A stretch of DNA of 64,000 bases from Octopus sinensis (taxonomy: Eukaryota): the NCBI RefSeq assembly GCF_006345805.1, contig NC_043005.1, forward strand, positions 81,902,001 to 81,966,000, read 5' to 3'. The notes under the pieces were generated by a model. The model saw only the letters and a list, made by a program, of their open reading frames with translations. It was not told where the DNA came from and ran no database searches. The position numbers and the translations under genes were made by a program. Positions within the stretch are counted from its first letter, which is position 1. Each line of letters begins with the position of its first letter. Positions 23,991 to 38,197 of the stretch are shown here, one piece after another.

Positions 23991-26900
23991 TCATTGTAAA
24001 ATATTGCATTGTAACAGGGAAACAGGTAAAAAAAACAACACACTCTCACAGGAGTTTGACATGCCCATCCCACATCAGTTATGGACCAATTTCGACGCCT
24101 CATCAACGATTTTGTTAATTTCAGTGACGTCAACGGCGACACGGCGCTGGGAAATAAGTTTAACCGACATGAAGGAGAAAATGAAGCAAGTTGAAAAAAT
24201 ACTGTGTCTGTAGGTCAAACAACAAAATGTGTGGAACACAAAAGCACACGCACACATACTCCCATACACAATCACACACTCACACACACACTAACTTCTC
24301 ATTACTTTATAATGAAGTAAAAACTTCCCGGTGTGTATTCGAAGGATTATATGATTACAAAGTTACTGAGATGCCGAATTAAATAAGCTATAAATTGGGT
24401 TCTCTGATAATGTAGAATACATTATTGAGCATTGACGTCAGCATGCATTCCATGTTTCAATTAAAGTGGTATGCTTCATTATTGTTAAAGCTTTTGAAAT
24501 AATACTCTCTTTACATCGTATTTCGCTGATTGGGAGCCTTTCACTTTTGATAGCCTGCGGTATATATTTTGAGACATTTGCATTTCTATGCGAGATAAAA
24601 TATGTTAAAATACGTTCTATGAAGAATTTTTAATAGTAACATAGAGAAAAGTGATAAAGTACATATTTTCACAGGCCATATTTAATTTATATGTTAATTA
24701 AATGAATACGAATTTCGTTGCTTTATGATACGTTTTAAACGTTCGAGAATTATAAGATTGCAAATATCTCTGGTGGGGTGATGCAATTTTAGGGCAATGT
24801 TTAAAAAATATTTCTAACACCATTTAAATATAAATGAGGTTATATATTAAATGTTTGTCCCTAATTTTTTGTCTATATATTTCCGGAGTATTTTTCTTGG
24901 TGTATACATGCCTGAACAGTCAATGCGGTTGTTTTGCAATGACATCACTTCGCGTTCAGCTCCTCTGGATTGTAAGCGGTGGAAGTGTGTTCTACAATAG
25001 CCCTATGCCGAAAAATACAATACCTTTTCAGTTAATTTTGAAGAAGGAAACTATATATATATATATAGTATTTTCATTTTTATATTGTGATCTACTTCGA
25101 ATAAACGGGAGAAAAGTATTTGCAATGATTCGGCTGTCGGTAAAAATTATCGTAGCGAATTTGATTTGCATCTGTTACCGGCAGTATATTGCAATCGAAA
25201 TATTTGGAGCTTTCATTAAAATAACATCAGCTTTGTAGAAGATAGATAAATAAATGATATTGAAAAATCATTGAAACAAGAAACTAATGAAAATTTATGT
25301 TTCAGGCGCAGACCTCGTGGCAACAGGTTTTCTTGAAATAGACGATATCACGTGAGATAGCGTTGTGATGTAATATAGTTTTATACAATAATTTCTAGAC
25401 ATCGAAAACATTGAGTTCCGAGAGATTTTGCGAGCAATCAAATGACATGTTGTGACAGAATTAAAATTAATAGTAAAATCGAATTTCAGAACAATTCATC
25501 GCTGATTCATTATTTTTGCTTATATTTTAATACTTTTTTGATTTTGTGAAAAGGATAGAAACAATCTCACCCATATTAGTTGACGTATTGCTAAACCATC
25601 CAATTCTATTGCTTATTTTTCCGTCGAGCGTACTTGTATAACTCTCATTGTTGCCGATCTGGTTAGTTAGGTAATATGGAGAAATGTTGGAAGGTTTTCA
25701 GGTTGGGGGAATGAAACACAAGCTCATCGATGTACACACATACCTGCATCACTATTGGTTTTCATATTGATAGACCAATCCTCACCCGCGCTTATTCCAT
25801 GCCTCGCACTAAAAACTAGCTCTCTCATATTCATCGATCTGCTATGTTACGAAATATAGACAAAGTGATGTAGGTTGTCACTGGCATAAACACAAACGTG
25901 ACTGTGTATGTATGTATGTTTGTATGTACGTATTACGTGTGTGTATATGTGAACGTGCGTGTGCGTATGTATGTGTGCGCACGCGTACGTGTGAGTTGAG
26001 CAAGAGAGAGAGAGAGAAGGAAATACACACACACACACACATCCACATACATCAGATAAAAAAATAAACGAGATGTGCTTCCGATAATTTTCTGTCAACG
26101 AGATCCACATCCAAAATATAGTTAGAGTATGTTATTTGTAATTTATACGGAGAAATTACCCTTGCATCACAGCCTATAATGAGGTACGTTAAAAGTAATT
26201 TTTCAACTCGTTATAGCACATATGAGAAACAATACGGTTTTCAGGCTTCTCAATAGAAAGCTAACAATCTACTTACCTATCTATCTATAAATCGACAAAT
26301 ATAATGATTAGTAATACGCGATAGCGGAAAGCTGATAAACAACTGCTTCTAAGCAGTTGTTCTAACAGCTAGATAAAGCATACATAGTTCCCTTATGTCA
26401 TATTCTGGTGACTTAAAAGTGTAGAAAAGAGATGAGACTGTGGTTTTAAAAACAAACGTGATATGCGACTTTATAGAAAATGTATATTGCTATATCGACG
26501 TTGCATCAAAGTGGTGACTTGAGGGAAAAACAGATATATAAGTATAACAACAGAAAAAAATATAACATATAGATGTAATGTATAAGGGAAATAATTCAAA
26601 AAAAATATTAAGGTAAGGTATATATCTAAAGAATTTCATGTATATAAAATAATGCGGAAAATTCAAAAGAATGAACAAGAATTAATTACTTTTTAAAATC
26701 GTTTGATCCTTTCAGAACATTATCCTTGCGGAAAATTCCACATTTTATAACTGCAAGCCAGATTCATCTAATGTATCTGAAATTAAAATTTGATATAAAG
26801 TTCCTGCAACATGTGTTGACTAGCATATGTGCAGGAATTTATGTCACTAGAAGACCGTAAAATTCGCATTAAATTTCTCGGCGATTAGTGGAATATTGTT

Positions 26901-27324
26901 TATCTTCAAATAATGACTATAATTCCACGTTATAAAGATTTTCGCTTGTGATTGCTATTCTATCCATGCAGGCGAAATATCTCTCTTTCTGATAGATTGT
27001 CGCTGTATTGTATTGGCAACTTATTCCTTCCTACATTCAGCCGGAACACATTATGTATTCGAATATTAATTTATCAGTACATTTATACCTATGCCTAATA
27101 TTGTGTATTTCCATCGGCTTCTACAATGGCAACGACCTCATGATATTACCTATTCACATAAAACTTCCATCATGTGATCTCGACACGTTTCTCTTTACTT
27201 CGCCATTCTTACTATGCTTCAACCCGTACCGACTGCATTAAATGTGAAACCAGTTCTCTCCTACAAAGACGCCAAACGACTGGAATACTCCCTCTATGCA
27301 TACACATATGGACAATACTTTATA

Positions 27325-27640
27325 GGAATGCACTAGGCTTAGTGGTTAGGGTATGAGGCTCTTAAGCTTAAAGTCACGAGATCGATTCTCGGCGCACATT
27401 GTGTACTCCGTCAAGGCACTTTATTTCACCGTCCACTCAGCAGGCCCAAAAATGAATAGTGCTTGTAATTCAAAGGGCAAAGCCTGTCACATTCTGCGAC
27501 ACGCTGAATCTATCTGAGGTGGACGTTAACGGTACGCGTGTCTGTGCAGCACTCAACCGCTTGCACGTTAATGTCGCGAGCTGACTGTTCCGTTAATCGG
27601 ATCAACTGGAACATTTGTCATCCTAATCCAAAGTCAGTAG
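27325..27640 (+). mobile_element. SINE head C + tail T1, diverged
   Basis: Collinear with 11750-12068. Confidence 0.8.
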
Positions 27641-28084
27641 ACGAATACATGAATATATATACCTAAACACATATATACCTACACACATACCTAAACACAC
27701 GCGTACACTAACACACATATATGCACAGAAACACATGCACATATATTACACTTGTCAAAAAAGAAATAGAAAAAATCAGTTTAATCTCGTATCATATTAC
27801 ACCGAATATGCGCCTCCTTAGTTAGGTCCATGAATAATAATTAGTCACATGGTGGCTAGTTCAAAGAGCAAGTACTTCTGTAAACAGCTGAATTATCATC
27901 GTCGAAGACCCTACAGGCATAGTTGCCCTTTATTTCGTACACTCATATAGAGGATTCTACATAATTCCTTTTAAGTATCGGCCTATAGGTGACGACAAAA
28001 TGAAGCGCCCTCGTGGGCAAGCATATTATATAAAAATACATAGAAAAGTATAACGATATATACAAAAGCAAACCATTTATATAT

Positions 28085-28482
28085 TCTTTACTTTTCTACT
28101 CAAGGCACAAGTCCCGAAAGTTTTGAGGAGGGGAACAGTCGATTAGATCGACCCCACTGGTACTTTATATATCGACCCCGAAAGGATGAAAGGCAAAGTC
28201 AACCTCTGCGGAATTTGAACTCATAACGTAACGACAGACGTAATACCCATTTCTTTAGGACCCACAAGGGGCTAAACACAGCGAGGACAAACAAGAACAG
28301 GCAAACGGATTAAGTCGATTATATCTACCCCAGTGCGTAACTGGTACTTAATTTATCGACCCCGAAAGGATGAAAGACAAAGTCGACCTCGGCGGAATTT
28401 GAACTCAGAACGTAACAACAGGCGAAATATCGCTAAGCATTTCACCCGGAGTGCTAACGTTTCTGCCAGCTCGCCGCCTTTA
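28085..28482 (-). mobile_element. SINE family A, full-length with internal duplication
   Basis: The ~110-bp body occurs twice, each followed by a different tail. Confidence 0.92.
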
Positions 28483-28902
28483 AATCATTTAAATATTGAT
28501 ATATAGAAAAGTCTCGATTATCTTTGTGCTTCTGATTCCAGAAGGAATATGCAGAGATCAAGTAATCTTACATTAACTGGATATCTTAGATTGACATGCA
28601 TAGGATTCAAACCCTCAGTAACATGAGTCTCTTCTAGAATGAAAATGATGAATAAATAGAAATTTATAAATATATTCATAGCTTTGTATATGTATGTATT
28701 AGCAAACGAAATAATTCAGTAAATATGCATTTATGTACGCTCTTAAAGGCAAATATGTTTAGCGATATACGTAGGCATCTGAATAAACTACGTATCACTC
28801 TTTTCTCTATGTGTGTGTGTGTGTGTGCCATACTATCACAAACACACACGCATACATACACATGAATACATATACATGCATACACACATATATATATATA
28901 TA

Positions 28903-28991
28903 TAATAACACATACCTATATGATATGTAAATATACAAATTTATATAAATTAAAAAGATAAATATACATACATACATATATGTGTATGTAG

Positions 28992-29025
<34 letters not shown>

Positions 29026-29135
29026 ACACATACCTATATGATATGTAAATATACAAATTTATATAAATTAAAAAGATAAATATACATACATACATATATG
29101 TGTATGTAGTCATATATATATATATATATATATAA
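28903..29135. repeat. 118-bp tandem duplication bounded by (TA)n
   Basis: taataacacatacctatatgatatg... starts at 28903 and 29021. Confidence 0.9.
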
Positions 29136-30284
29136 TATATATATATATATACACATACACACTCACACGCACATATAGCAGTGCGTGCATATAGATATTA
29201 TATAAATGTGTTACATAATTCTCACAATAGTTATAAGACTGGAAATTGCTGGAAAATTAATTAAGTATTGCAGAAAAATGATACTTAAAACGATGAATGC
29301 GTAATAAAATTAAACTGCGAAATAATTATCCAAATGTTGTTCATATCAGCGTTGTATCAATTTCATCAGAGGCACCTTCCTGAGAGACTATTATAAGAGA
29401 AAGTGAAGGATGGCCTTTAAGGACTTTTTATTTAATGATTAAAATATACTCTAATCAAATGTCATTAGAAATCTATTACTGATTAGATGGATTGTATTAA
29501 ATACCAGTATTGTTAATAATAATAATTCAAGAGGTAATTTAGGAAAGGAATTTGTAAATTATTTCGAAGATAAGGAAAATAGCATGTAGTGCAAAGTTAG
29601 ATGCAGATATTGAAAGATAATAACAATTATTTAAATGTTCAGTGCCTATGAGCGTTACCTAAAGGTAAATTGAATCATTTACTATAAATTCGAATGACAA
29701 ATATAATCACCTGATTATTTGTATAGATACACATATGTATTAAATGAATGAATGGCGAAAGAGCAGGATTCTTTTAATGATCTTCTTTAGCTTTGCAGCA
29801 GCCTCTGCTATGCGAAGCAGTGCACCCAGAATCAAGAACTCAGGCAAATTCTCTAATTTTATTGGAGGCATTAAAACTCAGCGCACGGTTAATTCGATAT
29901 ATATATACTTGTGCTGACACGCCATCTTTAAGGTAGCATGTTTTACATTGATTTGATTATACTGTATCATGTATTCCTATAGGGTATATGCATAAGTATT
30001 CATATATTATACGTGTGAGAAGAATGCTGGGAAGACCTGCAACATGAAGGAACTTCGAATATCAAATGTGAGGAACGTAAAATGGAGCAGTAAAGTGAAA
30101 TGCAATTGTGTCATGAGTACTTGTATTTATAATACGATGAAAATCTACAGCCAAAATACAGCCAATAACTTTTAATATCTTCACCAACATACACACACAT
30201 TTCGATGCATTTTAATACAGTGAGCATTAGTTGCTCAAAACAATAATATCGTCAATATCGTTATCCTATCTTCGTTTATGTGGC

Positions 30285-30568
30285 TTTTTGGGTGTTTTTT
30301 CGCCCTTTTCAAGCCTAGCCTGGCTCATGGGCCCGAATTCTGTGGCGTATGTGTTCCTCCCAGCTGAACGGGACGCAGTCCATCGCAGAGTTACTCAATA
30401 AAGAGGAAGAGAGAGTTGGAGAAAGTTATGGCGAAAGAGTACAACAGGGGTCGGCACCACCCCCTGCCGGAGCTTTTAGGTGTTTTTGATCAATAAACAC
30501 ACACAACGCCCGGTCTGGGAATCGAAACCGCGAGTCCGCTGCCCTAACCACTGGGTCATTGCGCCTCC
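30285..30568 (-). mobile_element. SINE head D + tail T3
   Basis: Minus strand ggaggcgcaatgacccagtggttagggcagcggactcgcgg...; tail ctgcgatggactgcgtcccg...gggcccatgagccaggctaggcttgaaaagggcg. Confidence 0.85.
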
Positions 30569-31952
30569 ACTCGTTTATGTGTAGTGAAAGATTAATCTCA
30601 TTCACATTACTGTCACAATTTTGACGCAAACCAAACCAAAGTAGTACATTGTTTGTTTATATATAGCATACAATTATATAAATAAATTTGTGTGTGAGTG
30701 TATGTCTGTGTAAAAATTGAAAAAATTGTAAAAATTGTGAAAATTGAAAGTTTGAAAGTGGAGCGAAGCGAGACGATATTTAAATATTTAATAGCTATTT
30801 AGTCTTAGAATTATGTTGAAAGGAAAAATAGTAAAAGTATATTCACCGATATTGAAGTAATGAATGCATGGAGTAAAGTTTAAAGCAGACAACAATGAGA
30901 TAACATATTGCAAAGCAGCTGTTAAGAGAAGATGTATTTAATCTAACTCCTAATATAATAATGAGCGTACAGTTTTTATATACTTGTATATGTATGTATA
31001 TTTGTCCAAAATCACGCTGGACGCGGTAGGAGAAAGAGTAGTATAAGTGAAGGGAGAGGAAAGAAAATAGTAATTCAGTGAAGTAGTGAAAGTAATAGCC
31101 CTGACTGAGAGAAAGAAATAGCAATGAGAGAAATGAATTGGCAAAGAGCGCATCGTATATCTTCTGTTTTTCTCCGTTCCAACATATGGATAAGAAAGAA
31201 AGGAGTGAGAGATGAATAAGCAATCTTCGTCATTCTGTTTATTTCCAGATTTTGCCCAAATCATTTAGACCAATGCCTAAAGAGACTCCACTTGTGATTA
31301 TCCTCAAAGAATCAGGATGTAGCCAGCATAGGAATGTACAAATCAAAGTGTAGGATTGACTTATTTTCAACCCGATACTTTGATCCCAAAATCATGTCCA
31401 GCATATAACGACTCCTTTTTTAAAAGAATATCGATAAATAATTTTGTAATGCTTCAGTGTATGTCCTTAATTTATTCAGATTAGTGGAGATTGAAACGTG
31501 TCATAGATATATTTGCAACAGTTTGTTCCGCAACAGTAAAAAAGATTTCAAAGAAGAAAGGAGAAATTTTTAAAGCGTGAGAATAAGAATAAGATCATTA
31601 TTATTTATCAATATTTTTAAGGCTTCCCTAACTTTTTTTTAGAAACTTTGATCTTTATCACAATTTTCTATGCATTTCTTTCAGCAAAGAGACGTTTCAA
31701 AAGATTTTATTACATATACAGGCTAAAATAGCTTTCTATCTCTATATGACAATATGATGTTTTGAAATTCTTACCTCTATATATATATAGGTGAGAAAGT
31801 TGGTGCGTGAAAGCACGTGGTTGAATATATAGAAAATAGTAAAAAGTGAAAAAACTACAGAAGGCTTGTTTTAAAAGGTTAAAAAATATATATTTGAGTC
31901 ATTATGTCAGAAGAATGTTATAAATTTTTTTCATACAGTGACATAGTTTTTG

Positions 31953-31992
31953 AAGAAATTACCGGTTTCGTGTTTAACTTTTCAAATTTCTC
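31953..31992 (-). ncRNA. Type I hammerhead, U3:A8 variant (left arm)
   Basis: Exact reverse complement of 33272-33311. Confidence 0.7.
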
Positions 31993-32129
31993 AAAACATC
32001 GTTATGATTTCGTTAAGAAGTGTAAAGAAGAGTTCCAGGTAAGGGGAGGTAATAAGTGATTTCTTCCGGTGTAAGGGAGATAATCGCTTTATATTTCTTG
32101 CCTTTTTTATAAAGGGGTGAGTTTCTCTG

Positions 32130-33044
32130 TATAAGAATGTTAGAGTGGTTAATTTTGGGCTTATATTTTTCAATGAAGAATGTTTCCTTGTTTAGTCTAA
32201 TTTGTGTTGGTGTTCCAATAGCACATTGGTAGAATGGAAAGATTAAAAATTGTGGTAGTAGTTGCTTTGCGCATTTCTCAATATGCTCACTAAAGGGTAT
32301 CATTCTGTATTCTGGGAATGCAATCTGTTGTCAATGCAGTGTGCATCTACGTCTGAGTGATAGTCCCGTGGACCCCACGTAGTTTTGGTGGCAGCCCAAG
32401 CATCTTATGACATAAATTATGTTTTCAGAGGCACAAGTAAAATTAGATTTGATCTTGAATTTTTGTCCCTCTTTGAAGAGGAATTCTGATCCTTCTAGAA
32501 GGTTTGGGCATGTTGCACAGTTTGATCTACCACATTTTTTTACTTTTGCATCCGTAATTTCAGAAAGCAATTTTGCCTTTGTGAGAATCTTTTTAAGTGA
32601 TTTAGGTTGTTTGTAGCTTTTAATATTTTTATGCATGTTTAGAATTTCCTTTAATTTGGGGTCCTTATGAAGTATTGGTATATTCTGGGTGATGATGGTG
32701 AAGGCTTCTTTGTTTCTGGGGTTGTATGTGGATATGTAAGGTAGTATTTTCGTGGAAGGTGTGTTGTTGTGTTGAACTTTTCTTAAAGTTTCTATGTCGA
32801 TTTCTGTTGCACGTCTAATCCCATCCTCTATGAGTTGAGCTGGGTAGTGTCTGTCAATTAGGGTGTTTTTCAGTTCTTGTAGTCTAAAGTTCCTGGTATT
32901 TTGTTCTGACACTATTGTGCATATCCTTCTTGCAAGGTTGAAAGGGATGTTTGTTTTAGTGTGTCTTGGGTGGCACGAATCAAAAAGTAGGTATTGTTTG
33001 GCGTCTGTGGCTTTGTAAAAATGTCTGTTTCTGTTTTAAGGTTA
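32130..33044 (-). pseudogene. PLE RT-thumb / GIY-YIG fragment
   Basis: ETDIF(Y)KATDAKQYLLFDSCHPRHTKTNIPFNLARRICTIVSE...CGRSNCATC...FTCASENIIYVIRCLGCHQNYVGSTG...KETFFIEKYKPKIN; two frameshifts (~33018, ~32335). Confidence 0.9.
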
Positions 33045-33271
33045 ATTGGAACACCAACACAAATTAGACTAAACAAGGAAACATACTTCATTGAAAAATA
33101 TAAGCCCAAAATTAACCACTATAACATTCTTATACAGAGAAAATCTCTCCTTTAAAAAAAAGGCAAGAAATATAAAGCGATTATCTCCCTTACACCGGAA
33201 AAAATGACTTATTACCTCCCCTTACCTGGAACTCTTCTTTACACTTCTTAACGAAATCATAACGATGTTTT

Positions 33272-33311
33272 GAGAAATTTGAAAAGTTAAACACGAAACC
33301 GGTAATTTCTT
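33272..33311 (+). ncRNA. Type I hammerhead, U3:A8 variant (right arm)
   Basis: gagaaat-TTGAAAA-GTtaaacAC-GAA-ACCGGT-A-atttctt: 7-bp helix I, palindromic helix III, GUA site. Confidence 0.7.
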
Positions 33312-33454
33312 CAAAAACTATGTCACTGTATAAAAAAAATTTATAACATTCTTCTGACATAATGACTCAAATATATATTTTTTAACCTTTTAAAACAAGC
33401 CTTCTGTAGTTTTTTCACTTTTAACTATTTTCTATATATATATGTATATATGAG

Positions 33455-33800
33455 TAGCTGTGTGTTAAATAGCTTGCTTAGCAACCACATGTTACCGGTT
33501 TCAGTCCCACTGCATGGCACATTGGGCCAGTGTCTTCCACTATAGCATCGGACCGAGAAAAGCCATCTCAGAGGATTTGGTACACGGAAACTGAAAGAAT
33601 CCCGTCATATGTGTGTGTGTGTGTGTGTCTATGCTTGTCCCCTCACCATCGTTTGAGAAACGACCTTGGTGTATTTACGTCCCCGTAACTTAGCCGTTCG
33701 GCAGAAGGCACAGATAGAATATTTACTAGGCTTTCAGAGAATATGTCCTTGGGTCGATTTTTTCGCAGTCAAATTATTGAAACAAATAAAAGAATAAAAG
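33455..33800 (+). mobile_element. SINE family B, diverged
   Basis: gtagctgtgtgttaaatagcttgcttagcaaccac...gatagaatatttactaggc. Confidence 0.85.
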
Positions 33801-34404
33801 AATATAGATATATATGTGTGTGATTTTCTGTGTGTGTGTGTGTAAGTGCTTGTCTGTATGTGTGTATACACATCCACGCAAATTTACATATTTGCACCTA
33901 TATATGCGTAGGTATATATACATACATATGTACATGTAATATAAATATATACATGCACATGTGTGTGTGTGTGTGTTTGTAATATTTAATTATGATTTAA
34001 TCGAAAACAAACTTGCTTTTTTTATAGTTTACGTTTCTAATCATTTTGTAAGAGTTTACGATTCTATTCTATTCATTAATGTAAATCTTTATTTACATTA
34101 ATAAGGATGCGTTCGCTCTTACTGAAGTTTAACTACCACTGTCGTTCCTGTTGTCTTATAATTTATTGGACAAATCAACTCTAAAACTACAATCGATAAT
34201 ACCTTATAATCAAAAGCTTTCCTTTATGATTATATTTCCTATATTTTTCTGAGATGTTCTTAAATCGTGGTGAGCAGATGTCTCTTACTTCAGGTTTTGG
34301 ATTGCATTTTTACATCTTTCATCTGGAGAACACACACACACACACACACATAAACATACACGCACACATATATATTTATATGTGTTATTTATATAGGTAT
34401 GTGG

Positions 34405-34429
<25 letters not shown>

Positions 34430-34435
<6 letters not shown>

Positions 34436-34630
34436 ATCCAAACATGAACAAAGAGAAAACACAACAACGCTAGGACGTGGAACAAGTATAGTGTTATTGG
34501 ACGCTCAGGAAAGGAAAGAAAGAAGGAAGACTTAACGTTTCGAGCAGAGCTCTTTGTCAGAAACATAGAAAAAAGGAAACGGCCAAGGAAGGGAAGATGG
34601 ATAAAGAGAATCGCCACTGATACACACGCG
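34430..34630 (-). mobile_element. Short HHR-bearing element H2 (related to H1) ending in (TA)n; HHR at 34529-34564
   Basis: Minus strand gttt-CTGACAA-A-GAGCtctGCTC-GAAACGTT-aag (G8>A, unpaired with C3, probably inactive), then ttcctgagcg.. as in H1. Confidence 0.75.
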
Positions 34631-34699
34631 GTCACACACACACATATGTATATAATATGTACGTATACATACATATATACATACAGGTGGACACTATAA

Positions 34700-35190
34700 T
34701 AACTAAATAAGACAGCTGTTCGAACGCAAGCTGCTCAGTGTTGCAGGAAATGTTAACATGAATGGCAATATAGACAGGTTATACTTCCCACGCATGGATG
34801 ACAGTCGTGATCTCAGATCTCTAATGATGTGATATGATGCACAGATTGTGACACTGAAACTGCATCTGCAGCAGACGGAAGAAACCAATAGCAATGTTGC
34901 CCAAGTTTGTGAATAGGAAAGTAAGAAAAGAATTAGAATAGCTAATTAACTTCAGGAGAGACAAGAAATAAGAGCTGATACAGATTTCTCTTCCAAGGAT
35001 TATTAATAAATTCCATTTATCAGAACAATAGGAAAGAAAGTGGACCATTTCACTGGGAAAATATTAAATGGGTACTTGGCAAGTCAACAGCTTGGCATTG
35101 AGTACCGACAAGTTTAATGCAACAGAATACATATCAAACTGGTTGGAATATGGCTGAATTTGAAATTTAAGGGAGAGAAGACAAATTCTT
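34700..35190 (+). mobile_element. Decayed R4/Dong-like LINE RT C-terminal region
   Basis: RKLLSVAGNVNMNGNIDRLYFPRMDDSRDLRSL resembles the ..DVDRLYLPR.EGGRGL motif; later NWLEYG. Confidence 0.6.
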
Positions 35191-36519
35191 AATTCATATG
35201 ATACAAATGATCATAATATCTTGGACTATAAAATTCTGCGCAAGACCTTCTTAAGATTTAAGGGATGAAGATGACCAGAAGATACTTTCCTTCACAAATT
35301 TGCTAATAAATCGAGGCTGGTCAAAATTTACTCTGAAATCAAAAAGAGTACGAGAACATACATATGAAGGGCTTTTGAAAAGTTCCTGGCTTAGAAAAAC
35401 TGAAGGACTGCTGCAATACATGTGCGAATCTGAGAGGGGAATATGATGAATAAAATCATAATTAAGTGATCCTCAAGTGTTTTCTTTTACCTAAAGCCGG
35501 GAACTTCTCATCACCCCCTTGTACATTTATACACACACACATACATACATACATACATACATACATACATACATACATGACAGAACTTGGGATCTTACGG
35601 AGAGAAGGCAAATACTTAATTCATACTCTACAAACGATCACGATATCACGGATCATAAGATTCTGCAAGACCTTATGATTTAAAGGATGGGAAGAAAATA
35701 AGATGCTTTCCATCAGTCCTTCACAACCTTGCTTCCAAGTAAGTGGCCGGTCAAAATTTACGCTAAATAAAAAATAAAACAGAAAGCTTCTTTATGCGAT
35801 GCTCAGATACGGAGATTGCGTTGAAAGATACACTGATTATATTATGTTTCTTTCCAAATTCTTGTGAATTGGTTTTTCTTTTTAACTTGTTCATTACCAA
35901 ATTGTATCATGGTTCTAGTAATTAACTAAATGTAATCTATTATCAGAAATGAAAGTGATGCGTTGTCACCGATAACGGTCGCAGGTAGTGAAAAGTATTT
36001 AATAGTCAGAGCCGAGACTGACACTACATTATCCCGACTTTGCTACAATCGTAATAATATGCCAATATAAAATGTAATATTAATTTTTCTCTACGAGAGA
36101 CATATTAAGAATTACATTAATTGACACTACCATACATTAATGACGAACATTCAGCTACATTATCTTTTAATATTCCAGTTAGATCGCCGCTTTCATTTAT
36201 TGTTCATATTATCTCATGTAATATGGCAGATGATTCCCTCGGAACCGAAAAATTGCAGTGAAGCAGCGACTGGTATTATGGATGGTAACATAGAGAAGAA
36301 CTAATATAATTATCAGAAGTAGTTTCCAGTGGAATAGTAAGTAATATAACAAAACAATAAAAAGTATGATGGAAAATTATTTCAGACGATCTTTACTCTA
36401 CATCTTAGAGGATTAATTACTGGTTGATGAAAATAAGGTTTCCCCCAAGTAAACACGAGTGACAGAAATTAATGTATGTTTACTGCTAAAAAGAATGGTA
36501 TTTTTCTTGCCTTTATTTC

Positions 36520-36813
36520 TTTCCGTCATTTGACTGTGGCCATGCTGGGGCACTGCCTTGAAGAGTTCCAGTCGAACAAATCCACCACAGGACTTACTTT
36601 TTAAGGCCTAGTACTAATCTTCTCGGTTCTTTTGCCGAACTCCGAACCCACAGGGACGTAATCACACCAACACCGATTACCAAGCGATAGTGGAGCAACC
36701 ATCGACACGAAAACCCACACATAGATATATATATATATATATACATGCACACACACACACACATATATATATACATATATGTATATATATGTCTGTGTAT
36801 ATATATATATATA

Positions 36814-36861
<48 letters not shown>

Positions 36862-36864
36862 ATG

Positions 36865-36897
<33 letters not shown>

Positions 36898-36899
36898 AT

Positions 36900-36944
<45 letters not shown>

Positions 36945-37095
36945 GACGTGCTTCTTTCATTTTCAGCCTACCAAATGTACACACTATGTTTGATCGTCCC
37001 GAGGTTATAGTAGAAGACATTTGCCAAGGTATCATGCAGTAGGACTGAACCCAGACCCGTGTGGTGGAGAAGGAACTTTCTTGTCCCACAACAAC
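36520..37095 (-). mobile_element. SINE family B with expanded internal (TA)/(TG) tract
   Basis: Tail 36520-36715, microsatellite 36720-36940, head 36945-37095. Confidence 0.85.
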
Positions 37096-38197
37096 TCTTG
37101 CACCTTAATATGCATATGATGAATGTAAAATTGAAATTGAATTGAATGTCACTGAATTAATTTAACTTACATGTAGACATTACAAACAAGTAAAGGGTGA
37201 TATGTGTATTTAAACAGAAAATTCCAGCATTTAGTAGAGGAACCAAAATGGAAGATTCTCAACGGTTACATATATTTGAAAGAGTATTTATAGCTCACTT
37301 GAAGCTCACGTTTCTTATCTAAACAGGAAAAGTACATTGCCTAACATAGTCTTAGATATATTATCACTTAATGTATGAATGATTTGTTTACTCATTATAA
37401 GTGTCTTTTTAAGTTATTAATAACAATTTAACCACAGGATTGTTCCGGTTAGTATACGTCCGTCGCCATGACGTATCTACGAGAAAATTTCCTCGTACTA
37501 TTTTAAATTGCATACTTTGTGACAGCTTTTATGCGCATATATCTGTGCGTAAGTCAAGGCTTTATTGAGGAGGATCGCTAAAACCCACACAATGTGAATT
37601 TGATTACTATATACGCAACGTACCAGACTCTCTCCTCTCTACAACCTTCATAATACTTTACATCACGAAGTGCCTTCTTGCATCTCAGAAAATTAATAAT
37701 TAACGATAATCCTTTTTTTTTTAATTTAGTGTATGAATTTCATTGTTCGTAGTATAACTTCGGCTCAAACTTTTAGACAGAATAATCTTCAAATATATAT
37801 GTTTTTTTAACTGAAACCTAAGTAGTAAACACTCCCATGTCAATATCTTGAAAGTTTTTGGCAGAGCTCTTCAACATCTAAAATATAAATAAGATATTTC
37901 TTGAATGACATGTCGGATATTAAAGAAACACAGCATTATTGCAGCTACAAATGGAGAAGATGCCATATATGCCATATAGTCACGGGGAAAATAATGAAGC
38001 TTAAAGGGAACGTGTACTATAAATTTACATCTCGTAAGCTTTCTTTCCTTTATACGTAATCACAAGTTGTTATTTGTTGAATTTTCAAACTTATACTATA
38101 AATTATTTTATGAATTATTAGATAAACAATTATAATGCAGTAATAATGGTGTACCTGCCTGTCATCAGGTAGTTTGATTATATATGATAGATACTAC

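Larger units (their letters stand above)
31825..33439 (-). mobile_element. Penelope-like retroelement 2, 5'-truncated with inverted pseudo-LTR
   Basis: Arms 31825-32219 and 33045-33439 (395 bp, about 10 differences by manual count); body encodes RT thumb, linker and GIY-YIG. Confidence 0.93.
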
